From a virus (taxonomy: Duplodnaviria > Caudoviricetes): a stretch of DNA of 36,170 bases. Where the stretch lies: positions 1-36,170 of the IMG/VR virus record IMGVR_UViG_3300025353_000011. One strand, written 5' to 3'. A program made the translations under genes and the position numbers. The notes under the pieces were generated by a model, which did no database searches, was not told the DNA's origin, and was given only the letters and a program-made list of their open reading frames with translations. Shown piece after piece: positions 10,401 through 19,590 of this stretch (its first letter is position 1; every line of letters starts with the position of its first letter).

Positions 10401-10573
10401 TCAGAATCTTTTGCAAAGATTTTCAGTGAGTTGTCAGTATCAGGATCATTGAATACTAAAAATTCTCCATCTTCAAATACAAGATAGCTTAGTAATTCAA
10501 TAATGCTAGGATCGCTAATTTCAATAGCATTTCCGTTTTTAAACTGATAATAATATTCTAATTGGTCTTCCAT
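10397..10573 (-). CDS. Small acidic hypothetical protein (58 aa)
   Basis: Manually read MEDQLEYYYQFKNGNAIEISD...KDSE; fills the operon gap. Confidence 0.65.
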   Translation of the reverse strand: MEDQLEYYYQFKNGNAIEISDPSIIELLSYLVFEDGEFLVFNDPDTDNSLKIFAKDSE

Positions 10574-10575
10574 TT

Positions 10576-11664
10576 TTATTCTACTTTAAATATCATGTCT
10601 GTGTCAAATGTGATTGTCTGACCGTTAATAATCGATTGAATTAATATTTTATAGTATCTGGCCGGCTCCAACCCTTGCATGTATACAGTAAAGTAATTGC
10701 TGGTGGTGTCTGCTGATATTTTAGTATAGGTTGTATCAAAGTCTATTACTACATCTTGGGTTTTATAATCAATCAGTGACCAATAAGAAGAAGATGGCAA
10801 GAAGCTGTTTTGTGTAAACATGCTTGTTGTCATAAACTGCCTGGTAGGATATTGTGGTCTTACATTGATTTTGAATTTAATGATTGATTCTGCTTTATAA
10901 TTTGCTAAATTATTTGACAAAGATAATAAAACATCAGGACTTGAACAAATATTTGTTGTAGGTATGTAAATGGAATCATCCCATCTAAATTCCATACAAG
11001 GTGGGTATATCGTATTACTATCTCTTGAGAAGTAATTCAAAGTGTAGTTATAGTTAGCATCAAACTCTAAACTACCAGATGTCTTAAGTATGAATCCGTA
11101 ATTAGGAATGGAGCCTGATAAATACCATTGAGTAAACTTGGTAGTCTCTATCTGAATATCTTTTTGGGTATACGGGGTAAAGGATTGAGTATAAGAAGAT
11201 GTGTACCAAGTACCCCCACCTGTATTTGTGCTTATATAAGACCCTGTAGCCCCAGAATTGTAATTTCCAGAAGGTATCCAACTGCTTGAACTATTTGCAG
11301 TAGGAGATGCCCATGATGCCCCATTAATGGTAATAGGGTTGTCGTACAACTTTCCTGTACCCATATCCCAGGATTGTGATAATGGGTGTAATTCTATAGT
11401 GTAATTAGTTGGTATACCTTCAGCTTCACATAAGTATAACTTTAAAAAGCTTTGAAAAGAAGATGTACCTACATACTTAGTTACTACATCTTGTATATCC
11501 GGAGTAGAAAACTGTACTAGAGGTCTGAAGTATGTAGATTGGCTAGGGAATAAGTACGACGGTCCTTTGGATAGGTATAACACTGCATCCTCTCCAGTAT
11601 TAGCTGTATTAAGCTCAGAGTATAGGCTCGTGTCTTGGGTAGGAAATATTTTATATACGGCCAA
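10576..11664 (-). CDS. Virion structural protein, possibly DNRLRE/carbohydrate-binding-like beta domain
   Basis: KIFP..DT.LYS, SWDMGTG, NYGFILK, FSRD..TIYPP motifs; TTG start. Confidence 0.6.
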   Translation of the reverse strand: MAVYKIFPTQDTSLYSELNTANTGEDAVLYLSKGPSYLFPSQSTYFRPLVQFSTPDIQDVVTKYVGTSSFQSFLKLYLCEAEGIPTNYTIELHPLSQSWDMGTGKLYDNPITINGASWASPTANSSSSWIPSGNYNSGATGSYISTNTGGGTWYTSSYTQSFTPYTQKDIQIETTKFTQWYLSGSIPNYGFILKTSGSLEFDANYNYTLNYFSRDSNTIYPPCMEFRWDDSIYIPTTNICSSPDVLLSLSNNLANYKAESIIKFKINVRPQYPTRQFMTTSMFTQNSFLPSSSYWSLIDYKTQDVVIDFDTTYTKISADTTSNYFTVYMQGLEPARYYKILIQSIINGQTITFDTDMIFKVE

Positions 11665-11667
11665 TGG

Positions 11668-12195
11668 TTATGGTTTAAATGTGAAGCTACTAACTCTGTT
11701 CATCCACCCCTTTAAAAACTTACTTTGGTTTGGGTGATTTTTTACTATATCGTTGTAATACTTTATCCTTGATTGTGTTATCTTATTAAATAAATCATTT
11801 TGATTAGCATTGTTTATAGCTTCAATACTCTTTAATCCAAATATTCCATCAGCTACAATTCCAAGACATTGTTGTGTCTTAATTGCAGCTATTCCAACAC
11901 CACAGTTATAAGCAAAATCTACAATTATTTCAGCGATAGATTGATTATTAATAGAATCTCCACGAAGCCTATCCCAATAATGAGCCTTAGCAATACTCAT
12001 AGCATCTTGAGCAGTGATTAGCTTTAAGTCATCAACATCAATATCTCCATCACCATCCTTATCGTAGCCCTTAGCTTTCCACTCGGAAATTATCACACCA
12101 TACTTTGTAGGTCCTCCATTGTCTCCAGGTACATTCTCAAATGCACTTCCTTCCCATTTAACAAGAGTAGGAAAATATTCATTAAAATTTGCCAT
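11668..12195 (-). CDS. Endolysin, glycoside hydrolase family 108 with C-terminal peptidoglycan-binding domain
   Basis: WEG...D.GG.TKYG, YW, D.AYNCG, DGIFG, KFLKGWMNRV; DKDGDGDIDVDD acidic loop. Confidence 0.9.
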   Translation of the reverse strand: MANFNEYFPTLVKWEGSAFENVPGDNGGPTKYGVIISEWKAKGYDKDGDGDIDVDDLKLITAQDAMSIAKAHYWDRLRGDSINNQSIAEIIVDFAYNCGVGIAAIKTQQCLGIVADGIFGLKSIEAINNANQNDLFNKITQSRIKYYNDIVKNHPNQSKFLKGWMNRVSSFTFKP

Positions 12196-12196
12196 A

Positions 12197-12310
12197 TTAT
12201 ATTGTTTTATATTTAGGGTAGACTTTGTTGATTAAATCCACCATTGTTTGTGCACGGTCTGATTTAATGGTGGAACAAACCTTCATCAATTGTTCTTTAG
12301 TTAGCTGCAT
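12197..12310 (-). pseudogene. 37-aa ORF, possible N-terminal remnant of a displaced GH19-type endolysin
   Basis: MQLTKEQLMKVCSTIKSDRAQTMVDLINKVYPKYKTI; start overlaps the holin end. Confidence 0.4.
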
Positions 12311-12587
12311 TTTCTTCTTGTTTTTCTGGTTCTGGTTGAGGTGTATCTAAGAGATTGAGTGGCTTATCTTTCGACAAACGCGAAATTCCCAGTAATGCAC
12401 CTCCAATTGTTAGAAATGCTAAAGTTAGATTTGAGTATAATTCTAAGTGTGAAAATATTGTGTAGGGAAAGCATATGCAGCTTACTACTACTATTAAGAA
12501 TCCACAGAATAGATGTATGTCAGATTTACCTGAGCTGTCATTAAACATCTCTTTAAAAGAGAATTTTGAAATGTCTGGATAATTCAT
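12297..12587 (-). CDS. Putative holin
   Basis: Two hydrophobic segments, charged C-terminal tail, just upstream of the endolysin. Confidence 0.6.
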   Translation of the reverse strand: MNYPDISKFSFKEMFNDSSGKSDIHLFCGFLIVVVSCICFPYTIFSHLELYSNLTLAFLTIGGALLGISRLSKDKPLNLLDTPQPEPEKQEENAAN

Positions 12588-12609
12588 ATTATTTGGTTTT
12601 AGTTTTAAA

Positions 12610-14487
12610 TTAATTTTGTACTACTCTTCCTTGTATGTCATTTTGAGGATATTTTATTTCAAAAATTGAAGTGTCCCTAGATGGATAAACGGTGTTATTT
12701 AAAGTCGCACCTGCTATATCATATCCATACTGACTATATCCTTGATCAACCCCTTGCTTGTTTACAATCTCTATATTTACTACATTCTGTACCCCCTTTA
12801 TAGAAAGCAAAGCTGTTGTAATATCAGACAACAGTATTGGTTGCATGAAATCCCAGTTACTTATACTAAATAAGTTTGCAACACTCGTAAGACAATTTGC
12901 AAGTACCTGTTGTGCATTATAAGAGCTAAGAACAGATATACTAAAATTAATCCCTATATTGATAATAAACCCTGACTTTAAAGTAATACCTTCTCCTGTA
13001 CTTATGTACTGGCTTAGGTAGTTCTTTAGGTTCTCCATTAATGCCGGGGAAGGTGTTGTTAGATTTCCGTTACTATCTAATGATAATATGTACAGTGAAT
13101 TTCCTAGAGGATTTCCATCTATTAAACTTCCACCATCGTTTACTAATTTAGCTTTAGCTACAGTGCCGTACATGGATGGCATTGAGATAGCTCTAAGCTG
13201 CCAGTCTGCTGCCGTAACACACCTTAGTTGTGTAGGGTAGGATGCCATGGTATTTAGGCGTATAGTATCTATATTATCACCATCGCCTCCTCCGGATGCT
13301 GCACTTTCATTATTAAATGCAACACTGTTAGATATTTGCTGAAATAATGCTTGGTTTAAAGCATTAGGATTACTTGAGCTAGAAGTCTTGGTTATTTCGT
13401 ATATCTGCGTAATACTATTGCTAGGTACATTGGTAGCAACTCCTCCTCCTGTTATGTAAGTAACGGTAAGAGTTATATTACCTGGTGCCAGACCATATTG
13501 TTTAGTGTAAAGAAAGTTGCTAGGATCATAAGCAGTATTTAATTTTGAGATACTGTCTATCAATCCCATTCCTACATTCTCAGGGTTAGGTATAATTTCT
13601 TCATCTGGATTACTGGTTGTACCAGATCCAAAATACATAGTTAAGGTATTATCCGCATTAAAACGTCCAACCCAACGTCTCTGGACAGTTCGTAGCTTTA
13701 TTAAATATGGGACAATATTGTTATACTGTGCCATGGTAGGATCATTCAGAGATGTGTTTACAACACTATCAAATATGGTAGACTGTGCCAGATAAGGTAC
13801 CTCATACCAAGTGTAACCGTTATTGTCTTTTACACTCAGTATCTCTACTATATCAGTATCATTCAGTGTTACACTATCAAATTTAACCGGATTACCAAAA
13901 GTAAAATTCTGTACATTTATAGTTCCTGCTATTGCTTCTACTTGCTTTTTTAATAAGAAGTATTCAGGCTGGTTAGTAGATGAGTTAATACTATATACAG
14001 ATACGGTAGTAGGATCAGCAGAAGATGAAAAAGCAAAGTTAACGGGAGCCTGGGTAATGAATGTTACATTACTGTTTGACCTTGAATTTATCTTTGCTTG
14101 AGTATCTATTGTGATTGCATAATTATAATCAGGAGTAGCTACACCACTGGTAATCTTTGCTGGTACCTGTTGATATACATCTAAAGTAACTACAGCAGTA
14201 CTGGTTACCTTTGGTCTATACCCTTGTGTATAAGCTAATGAAAGTATATTATCTTTCTGAGTAGCATACTCTAAAAAGTTTTCTTGTACAGACCTGTCAG
14301 TATATAATGAAAGTATATCACCAATAGCAGAGTTCTGTTCGATTATCATCGTAGCCGGTGACGCATCTGAGAAATCATTATTAGTATTAGGAAAGTAGGT
14401 CTGTGAGAAATTAATCAAAGCCTGTTTAAAGGAGTTGAAATCTCTGTTAAGGTACTTTATATCTACAGTAGGTGAAATGCTGGCCAA
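12610..14487 (-). CDS. Baseplate wedge subunit (T4 gp6 / baseplate J-like)
   Basis: YLNRDF, YFP...DFS..SP, LA...GY.PK, GGG...N, A.GGGD, Q.R.VT..D; follows the gp25-like gene. Confidence 0.88.
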   Translation of the reverse strand: MASISPTVDIKYLNRDFNSFKQALINFSQTYFPNTNNDFSDASPATMIIEQNSAIGDILSLYTDRSVQENFLEYATQKDNILSLAYTQGYRPKVTSTAVVTLDVYQQVPAKITSGVATPDYNYAITIDTQAKINSRSNSNVTFITQAPVNFAFSSSADPTTVSVYSINSSTNQPEYFLLKKQVEAIAGTINVQNFTFGNPVKFDSVTLNDTDIVEILSVKDNNGYTWYEVPYLAQSTIFDSVVNTSLNDPTMAQYNNIVPYLIKLRTVQRRWVGRFNADNTLTMYFGSGTTSNPDEEIIPNPENVGMGLIDSISKLNTAYDPSNFLYTKQYGLAPGNITLTVTYITGGGVATNVPSNSITQIYEITKTSSSSNPNALNQALFQQISNSVAFNNESAASGGGDGDNIDTIRLNTMASYPTQLRCVTAADWQLRAISMPSMYGTVAKAKLVNDGGSLIDGNPLGNSLYILSLDSNGNLTTPSPALMENLKNYLSQYISTGEGITLKSGFIINIGINFSISVLSSYNAQQVLANCLTSVANLFSISNWDFMQPILLSDITTALLSIKGVQNVVNIEIVNKQGVDQGYSQYGYDIAGATLNNTVYPSRDTSIFEIKYPQNDIQGRVVQN

Positions 14488-14490
14488 TGG

Positions 14491-14886
14491 TTATATACTT
14501 ATAGTGATTTGATTGGAATTATTGTTAAATGAATACTTAAGCGTTATGTGTATAGCATTGCTTTCAGATGATGTTACAGATAGGCTAAGAATAGTTACCT
14601 GTGGAAACTCATTAGCTAATCCTGTCTTTATTGAATTATCAATAGCTTCTATATCGTCATCTGAACTAAATAACATATCTCTTATTCCTGCACCAAACGT
14701 AGGATTAAACATTCTTTCACCAGGATTAGTTAACATGTAATTTATTATATTACTCTTTATCTGCTCCTGTGTAGTGTAGTTTTGTCCAAATATCCCTTGA
14801 CCATTAAACGGCAATCTAAGACCTACAGCCACTGATGGCCTAGTATCTATTGGAAATATTGTCGTTTGAATGTGTCTACGGGCCAT
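14491..14886 (-). CDS. Baseplate wedge subunit (T4 gp25 / GPW family)
   Basis: QIKSNIIN.MLT.PGERMFNPTFG.GI...LF. Confidence 0.9.
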   Translation of the reverse strand: MARRHIQTTIFPIDTRPSVAVGLRLPFNGQGIFGQNYTTQEQIKSNIINYMLTNPGERMFNPTFGAGIRDMLFSSDDDIEAIDNSIKTGLANEFPQVTILSLSVTSSESNAIHITLKYSFNNNSNQITISI

Positions 14887-14894
14887 TTAATTAT

Positions 14895-15257
14895 CTATTT
14901 AAGCATGAAGCTTGGTACTGGTATATCTATATCAGGCAATTCTCCAGATTTTGCAAAATGAGAAGCTCCTGCTACTTTAATTTGTGAATACATATCTTTT
15001 GAAGAATCTATTGCCGGATGTCCATAAGATTCATTTAATACCTCTGAATCTGAGTATCCAGTGGCTTTACCTAGCAATCTCGTCTTCTGTCCTTGCTCTT
15101 GTGTAGGTGCTGGTTGTCTACCTTCTTTTAGTATAGCTGCATTCAGCTTTTTAATCTTTAGTAACTCCTCCTGGAGTGGTTTCACAGCTTCCTTAACTGC
15201 ATTATTAATATGCAATTTTAGAATTTCTGATAACATTGTAATTTCGGTACTTGTCAT
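14895..15257 (-). CDS. Hypothetical protein
   Basis: ORF track; preceded by ATATTTATA. Confidence 0.65.
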   Translation of the reverse strand: MTSTEITMLSEILKLHINNAVKEAVKPLQEELLKIKKLNAAILKEGRQPAPTQEQGQKTRLLGKATGYSDSEVLNESYGHPAIDSSKDMYSQIKVAGASHFAKSGELPDIDIPVPSFMLK

Positions 15258-15261
15258 TTGG

Positions 15262-15270
15262 TATAAATAT
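15262..15270 (-). promoter_or_regulatory. Putative late promoter ATATTTATA
   Basis: 4 nt before ATG 15257 in a 22-nt gap. Confidence 0.55.
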
Positions 15271-15279
15271 AAGGGTTAA

Positions 15280-16209
15280 TTAATTTCCGATTATTGTTTC
15301 TAATTCTGATAATAACTCTTCAGGGGATTCTATGTAGCTAGGGGCCGTCTCTACTTTTATACTTCCTGAAAACCTATCTCTTGCTCTACCTATTAGCTGT
15401 CCTACACCATATGGTATTACCTCTAATATGTAGCTTTCTCCTGCTGCAGTTGTATAAGTAGAAGATGGATTTATTCCGGTATTTGAAGATAGGTTATTAC
15501 TTGCTATAGAGTTTAGTGCTTCGGTAGTAGTATACTGCTGACCTTGACTAGGTCCATTGGCAATAGTAAACTGAACATTCAGTGATGATAATGCCTTTAT
15601 AAGTTGTTGTAGTATTTGATCACTCTTTGCAGACTCTACATCTAGTATCTTTAAGTAGCTCCCTAACATATCTCCATAACATAATATCTGCAAAGCTTTT
15701 TTAAATACTTCTAAACTTGCCTTGGAGATTGGATTGGACTTAAGAAAAGCCTCTTGAACTGTTAGTAGTTGTCTTAGGGTAGTGGCAGTATTCTTTATTG
15801 TTCTTAGGGTGTTTACTAAAGTCTGCATCTGCACTAAAGTCTTAGAGATGCTTAGTATATCTTTCTGAATCTTTGCTTGATACATAGGTAATAATGCTGC
15901 ATCCTTGGCATCTAGTGTAATGAATATAGTACTTCCTACCAAGGTTACCTTACCAGTGTTGTCTACAGATTTTACTATATCTTGTTCTAGGCCTTTTATT
16001 CTGTCAGTTATCAGTGCTATTATCTTGTTTATAGAGCTGAGGGTCTTACCTATAACTGCACCTATTGGATCTGATATAAGAGCTCCTACAGCCTGGCTTA
16101 CACCTTGATCTATTCCTTGAGCATAAGCAGCAGGATTGACTGCTGTAGTTACAGATTCAAGCGTACTTTTTATACTTGATATAGATGAGTCGTTGAGATT
16201 GTTTGACAT
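15280..16209 (-). CDS. Hypothetical alpha-helical structural-module protein
   Basis: ORF track; TAATG-coupled to the upstream gene. Confidence 0.65.
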   Translation of the reverse strand: MSNNLNDSSISSIKSTLESVTTAVNPAAYAQGIDQGVSQAVGALISDPIGAVIGKTLSSINKIIALITDRIKGLEQDIVKSVDNTGKVTLVGSTIFITLDAKDAALLPMYQAKIQKDILSISKTLVQMQTLVNTLRTIKNTATTLRQLLTVQEAFLKSNPISKASLEVFKKALQILCYGDMLGSYLKILDVESAKSDQILQQLIKALSSLNVQFTIANGPSQGQQYTTTEALNSIASNNLSSNTGINPSSTYTTAAGESYILEVIPYGVGQLIGRARDRFSGSIKVETAPSYIESPEELLSELETIIGN

Positions 16210-16628
16210 TAATCTGAAAATGTTAGTGTTGATTTAATATCATTAATTCCTTTTTGAACCTGTTGTAAGTCGGACATCAATTTACTTGCTGCAGTATTTA
16301 CCTGCACTAAACTAATAACCCCTACACCTTGTCCTGTAGCTGATGCTAATGATTCTGAGAATGAATTAAGTGCTAGGAGTATGCTATTAAGAGAATCTAC
16401 TACTGATTGCCCTTTTGCTATAGGTTGAAGATTATTTTTATCTATCCCTAATTGAATCTTATTAGCATTTGCAATAAAGGTTCCTTTGGTATCTAGATGT
16501 ACATCCCCTTGGGTAGATACTGATAAGTCCTTAGCTGCAAGTAAAAATATATTTTCCTTCTTGGCATTTAATACCAACCTGTCTGAGTTTAATATCCATT
16601 GGTTATAAGGCCATTTATTGAAGTCCAT
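16209..16628 (-). CDS. Baseplate hub/spike C-terminal part (gp5-like)
   Basis: Q.ILNSDRLV.NAK...I.L and I.LG.....QP..KG motifs. Confidence 0.6.
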   Translation of the reverse strand: MDFNKWPYNQWILNSDRLVLNAKKENIFLLAAKDLSVSTQGDVHLDTKGTFIANANKIQLGIDKNNLQPIAKGQSVVDSLNSILLALNSFSESLASATGQGVGVISLVQVNTAASKLMSDLQQVQKGINDIKSTLTFSD

Positions 16629-16632
16629 TCTA

Positions 16633-18297
16633 TTATTTTAATAATTCAGTTAATTTTGTTACTGAACCCATAGCTTCTCTTGTAATTTTAGCACCTACTA
16701 CAGAATTCTTTAAAGGGTCGTATATATCATAGTCATTAGGGTACACTTGATTAAATTGTCCTTGACTTATACTAAACAGACCTTTATATTGCAAATTTCC
16801 TGCAGTACTTTTAAATCTACTCTCAGTGTAGCATATAAATCTTAGATACTCTATAGGTACAGGATATTTAGCTATTGCTTTTTGAAATATTGAATCTAAT
16901 GACGTGTTAGATACTGCTGTATTATAACTTGCATTAAATTTAGCTTGCCAATATTTTAAGAAATTTCCAGGAGTATAATCTGTACCAAATACTTTATTAA
17001 AATCTTTACCTACATTACCTGAATTAGGGCTATTGGGGTATAGTTTCTTACCATACATGTAGTCATTTATGTTAATATAATTTCCCTTCTTATCCTTACC
17101 TGTTACAAACTTACTTGGAATAGGTATCTTAGACACACCTTGCTTAGCATAATATAGTATAGATTCAAAGCCTCCATATCCTTGATTATGTAACATGTAT
17201 ATCAAGAATAAAGGATTTACATTGCCAGATAGATTTAAAGGGGGTATTGATTGGTTTGTTATATCAATTGATGTTAGTAAATCAATCCAGACTTCATTGC
17301 CACCTCCACTATGAGGTATTCCTTCATCTTCTAACTCCTGATTATAAACAGGATCTTCTTTATCTGGTAAGAACCCATCATTATCTACAGGTGTAGGAGT
17401 AGTTTGTGTAGGTACACTAACAGGATATATAATAGGTGGAGTATCTGTCACAGGAGTAGCTTTATCAACAGCCTGCAAAGATTGTGTAGCCGGTGTAACA
17501 ACAGGACTGTTAGCTATGATAATATTATTCTTAGATTGTACATCAGTAGCTTGGGTATTGTAACTATCAAACAATGTACTGGCTGGTACAAATGATATCT
17601 GATGTCCTTGTAAACCCCATATAGAAGATCCATCTTCGTTTAGGTTTTCAAATACAGCAGAAATTCCCTTTTCTGTCTGAGGCTTCTGACCATTAGTTAT
17701 TACCGTTACAGGATTTCCAACAGGGCCTATCCAGGGGGTATCTGAAATGATATTACTCGAACCTCCGAATCGTACTGCGTTTCCAAAACGACCTTCCAAT
17801 ATAGTATCCCCAGGTAAGTGTTGTAGTTTGTAAATGTTACCTTTCTCAATAAAAGGTCCTGTTACACTCATGCCGTTATTACTACTATATGTATAGTCGG
17901 TAGGTAATGCATTATGTTCAGGTGAGTCAAATACAGGTAAAATATCATCATAGTAATAAGTCTGCAAGTTAGTACCGGTAGGATTAGTTGCATCCTTTGT
18001 AATAGTTGATACTATATTTACTATCTCATTTTGAACAGGGTACTTCTTTATGTGACCTTTAGGGTATGCTACCAGAAAGCTAGAAGATGTATCTTCTATA
18101 CCATTAGATATAAGTTTAAACTCTATGGCACCTATGGAGCCAGGGGTAACATTCATCTCCTTTAGTTTTACAGGATCATCTGTTAAAAGAGTATATAATA
18201 CCCTACCAGTAACTTGTGTGTTACCAGAATTGATACTACCGTTCCCTTTTACGAGACTGTGATAACCTGCATATGAACCTTCGGTAGGTGAAGCCAT
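16633..18297 (-). CDS. Baseplate hub/spike N-terminal part (gp5-like) fused to a lytic transglycosylase domain
   Basis: YP..NEIV, HNALP, GDTILEGRFGN.VRFG; Pro/Thr linker; C-terminal ES.F, GLF, DP..N...GA motifs. Confidence 0.65.
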   Translation of the reverse strand: MASPTEGSYAGYHSLVKGNGSINSGNTQVTGRVLYTLLTDDPVKLKEMNVTPGSIGAIEFKLISNGIEDTSSSFLVAYPKGHIKKYPVQNEIVNIVSTITKDATNPTGTNLQTYYYDDILPVFDSPEHNALPTDYTYSSNNGMSVTGPFIEKGNIYKLQHLPGDTILEGRFGNAVRFGGSSNIISDTPWIGPVGNPVTVITNGQKPQTEKGISAVFENLNEDGSSIWGLQGHQISFVPASTLFDSYNTQATDVQSKNNIIIANSPVVTPATQSLQAVDKATPVTDTPPIIYPVSVPTQTTPTPVDNDGFLPDKEDPVYNQELEDEGIPHSGGGNEVWIDLLTSIDITNQSIPPLNLSGNVNPLFLIYMLHNQGYGGFESILYYAKQGVSKIPIPSKFVTGKDKKGNYININDYMYGKKLYPNSPNSGNVGKDFNKVFGTDYTPGNFLKYWQAKFNASYNTAVSNTSLDSIFQKAIAKYPVPIEYLRFICYTESRFKSTAGNLQYKGLFSISQGQFNQVYPNDYDIYDPLKNSVVGAKITREAMGSVTKLTELLK

Positions 18298-18681
18298 TTA
18301 CTTAGAGTTTTTCAATAATTGTTTTACAGATGGTGCAGGAAGTTTTAAATCCTCTTCTGCCTGAGATGCCAGTAATTTTAGTTGCTCTTTATCTTCTTCG
18401 GTAAATAGGAAATCTCCTGTTTCTTTACCTTTATCTAAACACTTCTGGGCTATTGTAGCCATCTTAAGTAGGTGCTCATTATTATCAAGAGTGAGCTTCA
18501 TATACTGAGCTATGATAGGAGCTAACTGAATAGCATCTCCAATAGATTCTATTAGTTCTTTTAACTGTTCTATAAGACCTAGAATCCTCTCATCATTCTT
18601 TCTAGAGTTTGTATGTATCTCTTCGAAGATACTTCCTAAGGTCCTTTTCTTAAATATTACTGTTTCTAATGCGTCTGACAT
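18298..18681 (-). CDS. Conserved helical phage protein of unknown function
   Basis: ORF track; preceded by ATATTTATA. Confidence 0.7.
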   Translation of the reverse strand: MSDALETVIFKKRTLGSIFEEIHTNSRKNDERILGLIEQLKELIESIGDAIQLAPIIAQYMKLTLDNNEHLLKMATIAQKCLDKGKETGDFLFTEEDKEQLKLLASQAEEDLKLPAPSVKQLLKNSK

Positions 18682-18685
18682 GGTC

Positions 18686-18694
18686 TATAAATAT
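18686..18694 (-). promoter_or_regulatory. Putative late promoter ATATTTATA
   Basis: 4 nt before ATG 18681 in a 15-nt gap, at the head of the structural block. Confidence 0.6.
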
Positions 18695-18696
18695 CC

Positions 18697-19569
18697 TTAA
18701 ACTGTAAAATATTCTTCAATCTCATCCTCTTCTGTTTTGGTAGGGTCTTTTTGTTCAGGAGAAAATACATCTTTATGTTGTACCTTCAACTCACCTCTGT
18801 GTTGATATTCATATAATTGTTCCTCAAATGATTCCTTAAGGACATTAATTACACGAGTAATTTCATGAGTCTTTTGCTTAGTTGTATCACGTAGTTGTAG
18901 GTAGAAAGCTGGCTTATAGAATATTTCCAGGTTAGATACTGTCCGGAAGAATTTGAGTATTTCTTTTACAATAGTCTTTTCAGAATCAGTAAATTTTACT
19001 GCCTTCTCTTCCCCTTCTTCAAATATATAAAACCAATCATTGATACCTTCTTCTACCCAATCTGCAAAGTATTGAGCAAAATCTTGTAGATCACTGTCGG
19101 CATCACCTTCGTGACGGATATGATCTACTTTCACTTCAGTTTCGTAGGAATCTATTTCTTGCTGTTTTTTGTGACGTTTGAACTGCTTATCATTATACTG
19201 AATAAGAAACCTCTTAGCAATCGTACCAAAATATGAATAGGCTTTACCTTTACTCTGATCGTACTTAGGCATCTCACTCATTACTTTACAGATAGTTTCA
19301 TGCTTTAGATCTTCAAATCCACCTGCGTGAGTTTCTGCATAAGGAAACTTATATGTATTGATTATATTCTCTACAAGTTTATCGACAGAAAAGTGAATGC
19401 TATTACGATATATAGTATTACGAAAGATAATATCATCTGAATCTCTATATAATATAATAGCCTCTTGGGTATCTTGGGTGAAATAGTTCCGGTCTGTTTT
19501 TCTACGTCTTTTTCTAGGTTTACCTTCTTTGGTAAATAGGTCTAGATCTAATTCTTCAAGTGGTTGCAA
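18697..19569 (-). CDS. Phage late-transcription sigma factor (T4 gp55-like)
   Basis: NYFT....EAI..Y, KL.ENII..YKF, KYD.SKGKAYSYFGTIAKRFL (sigma region 2-like). Confidence 0.75.
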   Translation of the reverse strand: MQPLEELDLDLFTKEGKPRKRRRKTDRNYFTQDTQEAIILYRDSDDIIFRNTIYRNSIHFSVDKLVENIINTYKFPYAETHAGGFEDLKHETICKVMSEMPKYDQSKGKAYSYFGTIAKRFLIQYNDKQFKRHKKQQEIDSYETEVKVDHIRHEGDADSDLQDFAQYFADWVEEGINDWFYIFEEGEEKAVKFTDSEKTIVKEILKFFRTVSNLEIFYKPAFYLQLRDTTKQKTHEITRVINVLKESFEEQLYEYQHRGELKVQHKDVFSPEQKDPTKTEEDEIEEYFTV

Positions 19570-19590
19570 TGTTTCATAGTGTTATTGGTT

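Noticed and set aside
12231-12280. Overlapping inverted repeats between holin and endolysin as an RNA switch
   Set aside because: Pairings of 6-9 bp inside a plausible coding remnant; not distinguishable from chance here
6377-17595. Short plus-strand ORFs (6377, 7988, 8449, 8875, 10264, 12359, 13823, 14513, 15061, 15905, 17404)
   Set aside because: Antisense shadows of well-supported minus-strand genes, with no motifs
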